In this document: positions 1-7,422 of the stretch, piece by piece | Layout of the letters: every line of letters begins with the position of its first letter | How positions within the stretch are numbered: position 1 is the stretch's first letter | Assembly: GCA_965660075.1 (NCBI GenBank) | Contig: CBFHYO010000019.1 | Coordinates: 2,433-66,432 of the forward strand | Source of the DNA: Patescibacteria group bacterium | GTDB lineage: Bacteria > Patescibacteriota > Gracilibacteria > UBA1369 > GCA-2718715 | Direction: 5' to 3' | Length of the DNA: 64,000 nt | Program-made: the position numbers and the translations under genes | Notes under the pieces: generated by a model | Told to the model about the DNA's origin: nothing | The model's input: only the letters and a program-made list of their open reading frames with translations | Databases searched by the model: none

Positions 1-763
1 ATTCAAAAGATTTATTAAAAATATCCAAACTTATAAGAACTGCCATAATGTTAAATATATTAAACAGACCTAAAGTTTTTGATTCTAATTGATACTTTTT
101 TGAATTAAATTTCAATGTAAATTGAGTATTATTCAAAGAAAGCCTATAGTTGGTTAATTGCAAATCATCATTTTTTTCATAACCAAAACTATGTAAATTA
201 GATTTAAGATTTCGAGTGAAATCTAAGGCATGATCATCAAAAGAGTTATAAATAAAGTTTGAATTAGATTTTAACTTTTTAGTCAAAGAAATTTTAGCTT
301 TTTTATATTCCTCAAAACCACCATGATACTCTAAATGATCCCGACCAAGATTAGTAAAAACAAGTTGATCAAATTTAATTCCATTCAATCTTCCCTGCAC
401 TGCTGCATGTGAGGTAGCCTCAATAATCAAAACTTCTGTACCAGCAGATTGCATTTTTTTTAAAATATTAAAAAGTTTAACTGCTGGTAAAGTAGACATC
501 TTATTTTTATTCAAAAACTCTTCACCACAAATACTATAGTTTACAGTTGAAAGCATCGATACTTTTACCCCAAGATTTTTATAAGCTTGGTATAAAAGAT
601 TACAAGTCGATGTTTTACCATTAGTACCAGTAACAGCAATTACATACATATTTTTTGTTGGAAAGCCATATTTATAAGCATAAAAATATGACTTTAAATT
701 GTGATACGAAAGTCTTAGAAAGGAACGATCAGACACAATATTCGAAAGAATTTTTTTAATCAT
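1..763 (-). CDS. Mur ligase family protein, MurE-like (N-terminal part; 3' end lies beyond the window edge)
   Basis: Own translation of the minus strand from ATG at 763-761: MIKKILSN...MYVIAVTGTNGKTSTCNLLY (P-loop), EATSHAAVQGRL, FTNLGRDHLEYHGGFEEYKKAK. These are Mur-ligase central-domain motifs in a MurE-like order. It is absent from the ORF track because it runs off the window. An in-frame TGA 6 codons upstream of the ATG means the N-terminal domain is unusually short. Confidence 0.7.
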   Translation of the reverse strand, partial: MIKKILSNIVSDRSFLRLSYHNLKSYFYAYKYGFPTKNMYVIAVTGTNGKTSTCNLLYQAYKNLGVKVSMLSTVNYSICGEEFLNKNKMSTLPAVKLFNILKKMQSAGTEVLIIEATSHAAVQGRLNGIKFDQLVFTNLGRDHLEYHGGFEEYKKAKISLTKKLKSNSNFIYNSFDDHALDFTRNLKSNLHSFGYEKNDDLQLTNYRLSLNNTQFTLKFNSKKYQLESKTLGLFNIFNIMAVLISLDIFNKSFE

Positions 764-1118
764 TATTAACAATTTTAATCAAATCCAATCCTAACTGTTT
801 TTTTAAATCATGTAAACTCTCAAACTCCAAAACACCACGAATGTACTTGATTGGTTGAAATGTTAAAGTTGTTAATTCCAAATCTATAATTTGATCAATA
901 ACATGAAACTCCAAACTAATATTAGAATCGGTAGAACGACGACCATAGTGCATCATTGCTAAATATTTTTTGTCTAAAACATATACAAAACATGAATATA
1001 CACCAAATCCAAAATCCGAACCCAAAACGCTTGGCTCAAGATTAATTGTTGGTAAAAGTTCTTTGCTACCAATTCCCTGGCCAGCTATAACGTAACCTTT
1101 ATAAATCGAGTACACCAT
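756..1118 (-). CDS. Stand-alone riboflavin kinase (bacterial RibF C-terminal-domain type)
   Basis: 120 aa. GQGIGSKELLPTINL, GVYSCFV, LEFHVID and IRGVLEFESLHDLKKQL match the kinase half of RibF. There is no adenylyltransferase half. It overlaps hpf by 20 nt and the Mur ligase start by 8 nt. Confidence 0.7.
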   Translation of the reverse strand: MVYSIYKGYVIAGQGIGSKELLPTINLEPSVLGSDFGFGVYSCFVYVLDKKYLAMMHYGRRSTDSNISLEFHVIDQIIDLELTTLTFQPIKYIRGVLEFESLHDLKKQLGLDLIKIVNND

Positions 1119-1707
1119 TTGATGATTCTAGTTCTAAAATTGCGTAACCTGCATGATTGTGTCTCTTATAAATCACATTGTAACGATCGGTTTCGCTGTT
1201 CACAAAAACCATAAACTCATGCTCCAAATCAATAATTTGCTGCAAAGCTTCGGCTTCTGTCAAAGGAGTTAAATCAGAAAATAGAGTATGTTTGGTAATT
1301 AAATCTGATACATCTGAATTAGATTCAGAAACTATAGTTTCTGATAGATCATCAAAATTAAACACATCCTTGAATTCTAAATCTGCCAATTGTCTTTCGC
1401 GACCTGCATGCCGTGTTTTATATTTATCAATTTGTTTTTTGAGTTTAGAAACAACTCCCTCAATACCTTCATTTACTTTATAACAAAGTGTTGCAGCCTG
1501 AAACGACACCTTAGGGATATGAATAGAAACTTTAATTTCTATATTATCTTTATGATTTAAACCATCGTGTCTAAGCACATGCAACTGCACACTTACAGAT
1601 TCTTCAGTAAGTTTAGCACAAGTTGCCTCTAAATCATTTAACCTATCAGTTAAATAGTTTAAGTCAACATCCGCAATATCATAATTTTTATGTACATTTA
1701 TAAGCAT
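1099..1707 (-). CDS. hpf: Ribosome hibernation promoting factor, long form
   Basis: 202 aa. N-terminal RaiA/S30AE-like part plus the C-terminal long-HPF motif TEAEALQQIIDLEHEFMVFVNSETDRYNVIYKRHNHAGYAILE. Confidence 0.85.
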   Translation of the reverse strand: MLINVHKNYDIADVDLNYLTDRLNDLEATCAKLTEESVSVQLHVLRHDGLNHKDNIEIKVSIHIPKVSFQAATLCYKVNEGIEGVVSKLKKQIDKYKTRHAGRERQLADLEFKDVFNFDDLSETIVSESNSDVSDLITKHTLFSDLTPLTEAEALQQIIDLEHEFMVFVNSETDRYNVIYKRHNHAGYAILELESSNGVLDL

Positions 1708-1711
1708 AGTT

Positions 1712-2383
1712 CTATAAATTAAATTCTTTAAAACCTAATAATAATTCATCCAAAGCAGCTGCAGGATCTGTTGCACAACAAACACCAGAAGCAACCAAAA
1801 CACCCTCAGCACCCAGACGTAAGGATTTTAATACATCTTCTCGAGTCTTAATTCCCGCTCCAATAAACAACGGTAACGAAATTTGTTCACCAATTTGTCT
1901 GACCAAATCTTCTTTTCCATGAGTAACAGAAACATCTCCACCAATTAACTCACTTGGTTCATAACAAATTGCAGAAGGGTTACAAGACTGAACATCTAAA
2001 GCATCTTGAAGTGTTTCGACACATACAAGTGCATCCAAAAAAGAACGTTTACAAGCATTGATATACAAGTGAATATCTTGTTTTGGAACATGTTTTTCAG
2101 AGTGGTTTACCAATGAACCAACACCGGACGAAAAACTTATGGATTCTGGCAATATGCTACCAGTATGTGCACCTACAGATATTGCATCAACATGCTGAGA
2201 AATCACAGGCAATTTCACACTACGAGCAATACGATCTAATCCAATTGGATTAACAGCTAAAACAACAGGCACACCATGTTGCTTAGATTTTTTTTCAATT
2301 AATTTTGCTAACTCTAAACCCGCTTCACCAATGGTTGAAGCATAATTTTTAAAATTAACTATCAAGCAAGGATATTGAAACAT
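1712..2383 (-). CDS. tpiA: Triosephosphate isomerase, short archaeal-type
   Basis: 223 aa. Motifs VNFKNY, QHVD..GAHTGSILPE, NHSE, YEPSELIG, GAGI and GVLVASGV are collinear with archaeal TIMs such as the Pyrococcus type. Confidence 0.85.
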   Translation of the reverse strand: MFQYPCLIVNFKNYASTIGEAGLELAKLIEKKSKQHGVPVVLAVNPIGLDRIARSVKLPVISQHVDAISVGAHTGSILPESISFSSGVGSLVNHSEKHVPKQDIHLYINACKRSFLDALVCVETLQDALDVQSCNPSAICYEPSELIGGDVSVTHGKEDLVRQIGEQISLPLFIGAGIKTREDVLKSLRLGAEGVLVASGVCCATDPAAALDELLLGFKEFNL

Positions 2384-2449
2384 TTTATTTCCTTAAATCA
2401 TTTATTATATTAACATAGCAACAACAAGAAAAAAGTTTTAAGAATTGAC

Positions 2450-3364
2450 ATGCAAGAAAATATATTTATATTCCACGGCGAAAACACTCCAGCACTCAAA
2501 AACCATAGTCAAAAATGGATAGATAAATTTAAAGACAAATACCAAGATAATTTTGACTTACAAATCATCGAGGACAGTAAATCATTTCACTTTCAAAACC
2601 TAATACTAGAAGCACAAACAGTCCCCTTTTTATGTGAAAAAAAACTAATCGTAGCTAAAAACATTTTATCTAAATATGATAAAGCATTTGCAAAAACCCT
2701 AAAAAAAATTCCAGAAACAACAATAATTTTATTCTTAGAATATAGAAAAATAAATAAAACCGACAAACTACTTGGAACACTTTTAAAAAATGCCAATACA
2801 ACTGAATTTGAATTAAACACTCAAGCAAACAAACAACTCATTCTCGAAACTTTACAATTAACAAATACAAATCTACCAAATAAATACCTACAAATTCTAG
2901 AAAACACACATGCAAAAAACCCTCATAAACTTGTAAACTCAGTCAAACAAATAGCGTGTTACAGCCACAACCAAGAACTAAACGATGAAGCATTTTACAA
3001 ACTTGCAGACATTCAACAAGAACCAAATATTTTTAATTTCTTAGATACAATCTACACCAATAAAAAAACAATGCTATCACTACTCAAAGAAAATCTAGAT
3101 TACAACCCAGATCCATATAAATTATTATATATGCTAATTTGGCATCTAAAAACCTTGATTCAAATCAAGTCAAACCAAACAACTGGTCTCAAACCCTTTA
3201 TTATCAAAAAGCACAAAAACACAGCCGCAAAAATAAACATTCATCAAATAGATTGCCTCTTAAAAGATATATTAAAAATAGACCAGATGAGTAAAACTGG
3301 TCTAATAAAAGGTAATAAAGAGTTAGCTCTATCTATAGAGATGGCACTTGTGAGAAACACTTAA
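2450..3364 (+). CDS. holA: DNA polymerase III delta subunit-like
   Basis: 304 aa. Length, the N-terminal FIFHGEN pattern and a helical C-terminal half resemble HolA. This is a family-resemblance call only. Confidence 0.5.
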   Translation: MQENIFIFHGENTPALKNHSQKWIDKFKDKYQDNFDLQIIEDSKSFHFQNLILEAQTVPFLCEKKLIVAKNILSKYDKAFAKTLKKIPETTIILFLEYRKINKTDKLLGTLLKNANTTEFELNTQANKQLILETLQLTNTNLPNKYLQILENTHAKNPHKLVNSVKQIACYSHNQELNDEAFYKLADIQQEPNIFNFLDTIYTNKKTMLSLLKENLDYNPDPYKLLYMLIWHLKTLIQIKSNQTTGLKPFIIKKHKNTAAKINIHQIDCLLKDILKIDQMSKTGLIKGNKELALSIEMALVRNT

Positions 3365-4784
3365 ACTCATTCTCAACTACTTGTGCCGCACTAAACAATC
3401 TACCCTCTTTAAAATGAGGAGCTAATAATTGCAAACCAACAGGCAAGCCTGATTTAGTAAACCCAGCTGGAACAGATATACCAGGAATCCCAGCACAGTT
3501 AGACGGAATAGTAAGTGCATCACATTGATACATCGCTAGTGGGTCGCTAGTTTTTGAATTTAATTTAAAAGAAGGAGTCGGCGACACAGGCCCTGCAATA
3601 ACATCAACCTTTTCAAATGCTTTTTTAAAATCTTCAATTAACAAAGTCCGAACTTTTTGGGCTTTAATATAATAAGCTTCATAACTTTCTGAACTCAAAC
3701 AAAATGTACCAACCATTATTCTTCGAAGAAGCTCAGTACCAAAGTTTTTACCACGAGATTTTGTATAATATTCAAATAAATTAGCTATATCATCTTGAGT
3801 AAAATTACCATACCGCACACCATCAAATCTCTCCATGTTGGCAGATAATTCACATGGTGAGACAATATAATAAACAGCAACACCATACTTAGTATAAGGT
3901 AATGAAATTTCGACAATTTCGGCACCTTGTTTTTTAAGTGCTTCGATAGAATTCATAACTGCTGTAGTAACTTCTGGGTCGTTTACATCTGTAAAGTATT
4001 CTTTCGGGATTCCAATTTTCATACCCTTTACTCCCTTATTCACATAAGACTTGTAATCATCTACAGGCACATTTGGAGAAGTGGAATCAAATTTACTAGA
4101 ACCAGCCATTGATTGAAGAACAATTGCACTGTCCATTACTGTTTTTGTCATATGACCAACTGTATCTAAGCTTGAAGCCATTGGAATCACCCCCGCACGA
4201 GGAATCCGACCATAAGTAGGTTTTAGTCCAACTGCATTACAAAAACTTGCAGGCTGACGAATAGAACCACCAGTATCTGTACCAGTCGCAAAAACACCAA
4301 AATTCAAAGGAATCATTGCTGCAGAACCACCAGACGATCCACCAGCTACACATTCTGTATTGTAAGGATTTTTAACAGGTCCATAAGCAGAAGTTTCATT
4401 AGAAGCACCGCATGTAAACTCATCTGTATTTAACATCCCCAACACAATACCACCTTGATCGAGTAACCTTTGAGTAGAAACTGCATTATAAGAAGGTTTA
4501 AAACCTTTCAAAGCATTAGAGCAGGCAGTTAAACTTGCACCCTTATAGCTAAAAACATCTTTTAAACCAAGTGGTACTCCATAGAGTAAATGTTTATCAA
4601 TATCGTAATTGCCAATGTTTTCAACTTGCTTTAAAGCAAGATCCTTACAAGAGGCAACATATACATTATAATCAGAATTATATTTATCGATACGGTCATA
4701 ATAGTCAGAAACCACTTCTGAAACTGAGAATTTTTTATCTTTATAACCTTGAATCAAGGATTCGATTGTGAAATTTTCTAACAT
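3333..4784 (-). CDS. gatA: Glu/Asp-tRNA amidotransferase subunit A
   Basis: 483 aa amidase-signature enzyme (GGSSGGSAA, GTDTGGSIRQPA) immediately downstream of gatC. Confidence 0.9.
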   Translation of the reverse strand: MLENFTIESLIQGYKDKKFSVSEVVSDYYDRIDKYNSDYNVYVASCKDLALKQVENIGNYDIDKHLLYGVPLGLKDVFSYKGASLTACSNALKGFKPSYNAVSTQRLLDQGGIVLGMLNTDEFTCGASNETSAYGPVKNPYNTECVAGGSSGGSAAMIPLNFGVFATGTDTGGSIRQPASFCNAVGLKPTYGRIPRAGVIPMASSLDTVGHMTKTVMDSAIVLQSMAGSSKFDSTSPNVPVDDYKSYVNKGVKGMKIGIPKEYFTDVNDPEVTTAVMNSIEALKKQGAEIVEISLPYTKYGVAVYYIVSPCELSANMERFDGVRYGNFTQDDIANLFEYYTKSRGKNFGTELLRRIMVGTFCLSSESYEAYYIKAQKVRTLLIEDFKKAFEKVDVIAGPVSPTPSFKLNSKTSDPLAMYQCDALTIPSNCAGIPGISVPAGFTKSGLPVGLQLLAPHFKEGRLFSAAQVVENEFKCFSQVPSL

Positions 4785-4789
4785 ATTTA

Positions 4790-5080
4790 CTAATTAAAAA
4801 CAGATTTAACTTTTATTTGATCATTTTGAATATCGTGCTGAGTGTGATTTAACAACGACTGACCCAGATTATATTCAGAATCTACTTCATCTTCGCGAGT
4901 CACATTTGTGAGTCCAGTAGATTGATAAGTAGGTTCTACATCAGTTGTATCAACCTCATTTAAGACATCCATGTAACCAATAATATCTGGAAGTGTCTCA
5001 ACTAGAGAGCTTTTCTGCTCTTGAGATAACTCTAAACGAGCTAACATTGCTAAGTGTTCGATTTTTTTAAGATCTATCAT
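4790..5080 (-). CDS. gatC: Glu/Asp-tRNA amidotransferase subunit C
   Basis: 96 aa. IEHLAMLARLELSQEQ...DTTDVEPT is the typical GatC pattern. It sits 5 nt upstream of gatA. Confidence 0.85.
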   Translation of the reverse strand: MIDLKKIEHLAMLARLELSQEQKSSLVETLPDIIGYMDVLNEVDTTDVEPTYQSTGLTNVTREDEVDSEYNLGQSLLNHTQHDIQNDQIKVKSVFN

Positions 5081-5140
5081 TTTTTAAAATTACGAGCACT
5101 AAAACTTTACTATTCTTAAATGCCTTTGTAAAATAAAAAC

Positions 5141-5449
5141 ATGAAAATACACAAAGCTAACAAAGATCTGTTTTTCCTCAATGAGATATTTTTCGTCTCT
5201 ATGTTTTGTATTGGAATTTTTCATATAACTTTTGGAGTACTAAGTACCAAAACAACACAAAGTTACTTGCCACTTATGGTAGATTTATTAGACATTCCAT
5301 TTTTTACCTGTTTTGTGGGTTACACATTTACAACAATAATGATTAAAACCCATAAAGACTATTCAAAACCCATTTACCAATGGCAAAAAATAGCGATAAT
5401 GGCAATCTGTACAACGATAACTTTATTAATTCTGGAAATACTCATATGA
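5141..5449 (+). CDS. Small hypothetical membrane protein (about 3 TM segments)
   Basis: 102 aa with hydrophobic segments. Its stop overlaps the next start (ATGA at 5446-5449). Confidence 0.4.
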   Translation: MKIHKANKDLFFLNEIFFVSMFCIGIFHITFGVLSTKTTQSYLPLMVDLLDIPFFTCFVGYTFTTIMIKTHKDYSKPIYQWQKIAIMAICTTITLLILEILI

Positions 5450-5826
5450 AAACAGTATTAACATTTGGCACTTTCGATCTAGCACACCCGGGACACATTG
5501 CTTATTTAACAGAAGCCAAATCATATGGAGATTATTTAGTTACTGTAGTAGCTCGAGATAGTAATGTCTCAAAATCAGTTCTTCACTCAGAAAAACAAAG
5601 AAAAAAACAAATCGAAAAACTCAACATAGCAGACAAAGTAATATTAGGATCCAAAAATAATAAAATGGATGTAATACATGAATACGCGCCAGATATTATT
5701 TGCCTTGGGTACGATCAAAAAGCTGACGAAGAACAATTAGCCAAACTTACAAACGCGAAAATTATTCGCTGTCAAAGCTTTAAACCACATGTGTTTAAGA
5801 GCAAAATATTAAAGAAAAATTTATGA
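5446..5826 (+). CDS. Cytidylyltransferase-fold protein, RibL-like FMN adenylyltransferase candidate
   Basis: The internal ATG at 5446 gives MKTVLTFGTFDLAHPGHIAYL (the GxFDxxHxGH nucleotidyltransferase motif). VVARDSNV, EKQRKKQIE, ADKVILGS and PDIICLGYDQ are collinear with archaeal RibL. The track ORF start at 5380 lies inside the upstream gene and was rejected. Confidence 0.6.
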   Translation: MKTVLTFGTFDLAHPGHIAYLTEAKSYGDYLVTVVARDSNVSKSVLHSEKQRKKQIEKLNIADKVILGSKNNKMDVIHEYAPDIICLGYDQKADEEQLAKLTNAKIIRCQSFKPHVFKSKILKKNL

Positions 5827-6710
5827 AAACATTAAAAACAACAATTAAAAATATTTATAGACATAAATTTATAGCAGTTGGAACAATTGTAACAATTGCT
5901 TTGGTAATAATGATTTTCAATATTCTTCAAGCAATCAGCCTAAAAGCCCAAGACTATCTAACCAAAATGGATTCTAAAATTGAGTTCCAGTTGTTTTTAG
6001 ATCAAAAAACTCCAAATACGGCCATCAATCAAATCTTAGACTCATTAGAATCTCAACCAAAGATTACAAAAGCAGAACTAGTTACACCAAATATCGCCCT
6101 CGAACAAGTTAACGAATATTATCCAAAAACCGTAGAAATATTAAAATCTATGGAAATTCAAAATCCTCTACCATACAGCATTAAATTTAAAAGTAACGAT
6201 TTAGCTAGTGGGAAGCACATATTAGAACAAATTAAAAACTCACAGTTTAAAGATTTTTTAGTTCGAGATAATGTCAAAAACAAAAACCAAGAAACAATAA
6301 CCCAAGTAGTGGAAAAAGTTTTACTCATAAATAAAGTAATAGATTCGATTACAAAACTATTAATCATTAGTTTTTTGATTTCATCTACAATAATAATTTT
6401 CACCTCTATCAAAACAAGTCTTCAAAACAGAAGGAAAGAATTAGTAATCATGAAATTCATGGGAGCAAACCTTAAATCAATCAAGTCTCCTTACGTATTA
6501 GAAGGCATAATAATTGGTATTCTTTCGACAAGTTTAGGTGTAGTATTTTATCTAAGCCTAGAAACATTTACAACATTTAACCTAAATTACATACCCAACA
6601 ATCTAAATATACTCACCCAAGTAGCAGCAACTACCTTTATTGGATATCTCTGCAGCAAACTTACAACTAATAAACACTTAAAAACATTACCAATTCATAT
6701 AGATGAATAA
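5823..6710 (+). CDS. ftsX: FtsX-like permease (cell-division ABC transporter membrane component)
   Basis: 295 aa. The N-terminal TM, an extracytoplasmic domain of about 130 aa and 3 C-terminal TMs match FtsX architecture. No ftsE is adjacent. Confidence 0.65.
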   Translation: MKTLKTTIKNIYRHKFIAVGTIVTIALVIMIFNILQAISLKAQDYLTKMDSKIEFQLFLDQKTPNTAINQILDSLESQPKITKAELVTPNIALEQVNEYYPKTVEILKSMEIQNPLPYSIKFKSNDLASGKHILEQIKNSQFKDFLVRDNVKNKNQETITQVVEKVLLINKVIDSITKLLIISFLISSTIIIFTSIKTSLQNRRKELVIMKFMGANLKSIKSPYVLEGIIIGILSTSLGVVFYLSLETFTTFNLNYIPNNLNILTQVAATTFIGYLCSKLTTNKHLKTLPIHIDE

Positions 6711-7422
6711 ATTTTCTCGTGACGAGTATATTATTATTCGGATTTCAGACTACAAAGATAACAAAAGCATTGTAAATGCAATCGGAAGAAGATCAGGTCT
6801 AGTAAGCTTTGCCGTACGAAAACACAAAAGTTTTAAAAGTCCATTTGCAGGCAAAATATCCAAACTCAACATAATAAATGCTGAGTTATTTGAGTCAAAC
6901 AATCACAACTATCTAAACAATATCAATAAAACTTATCATATCGGACAAATCGACAATATTAAAGAATACCAATCTCAACAAAAGTTGTTACTAATACTCG
7001 AAAAACTGAGCCAACACACATTAGATACAGAAATATTCGATACAATTTATACTTTAATTAAAGAAAAATTATCTATCCACAAAAATCTAAGTCTAATCTT
7101 ATCAAAAATAATTAATAGCTTAAATCTATTTGAAGTAGATAAAAATCTACACGAGGCAAATCATTTTTTTATAAATCAAGATGGAATAATAAACAACAAA
7201 CAAGGACAAATTAAATTTAACAAATCTACATTCAAAGTACTAAATTTCTATATTAAAAACACGGTGCAAAACGCACAAAAACTTACCATACAGCCAGAAC
7301 AAGAAATAGAAATAGAGTATATATTTACTCAATTACTCAATTATAAATACAACACCCTAATTAACTTTAGAAACCTTAACGACATTTTCAATAGCATTCA
7401 GCTTCATGATAAGACTAACTAA
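6703..7422 (+). CDS. recO: DNA repair protein RecO-like
   Basis: 239 aa. The N-terminal OB-like pattern (DEYIIIRISDYKDNKSIVNAIGRRSGLVSFAVRK) and the length fit RecO. No zinc-finger cysteines are present. Confidence 0.5.
   Translation: MNKFSRDEYIIIRISDYKDNKSIVNAIGRRSGLVSFAVRKHKSFKSPFAGKISKLNIINAELFESNNHNYLNNINKTYHIGQIDNIKEYQSQQKLLLILEKLSQHTLDTEIFDTIYTLIKEKLSIHKNLSLILSKIINSLNLFEVDKNLHEANHFFINQDGIINNKQGQIKFNKSTFKVLNFYIKNTVQNAQKLTIQPEQEIEIEYIFTQLLNYKYNTLINFRNLNDIFNSIQLHDKTN

Noticed and set aside
5380-5445. N-terminal 22-codon extension of the RibL-like ORF (track start 5380)
   Set aside because: The extension lies within the upstream membrane-protein gene. The nucleotidyltransferase fold starts right at the ATG at 5446, which forms an ATGA overlap with the upstream stop.
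5824-5826. Possibility of an alternative genetic code (UGA read as an amino acid, as in some candidate phyla)
   Set aside because: TGA closes several ORFs at exactly the expected protein lengths and in ATGA start/stop overlaps (5446-5449, 5823-5826, 39759-39762). Housekeeping ORFs are full-length under the standard code.
7073-7081. DnaA-box-like 9-mer CTATCCACA
   Set aside because: It is a single 8/9 match inside the recO coding region, with no cluster and no adjacent AT-rich unwinding element. It is not evidence for oriC.
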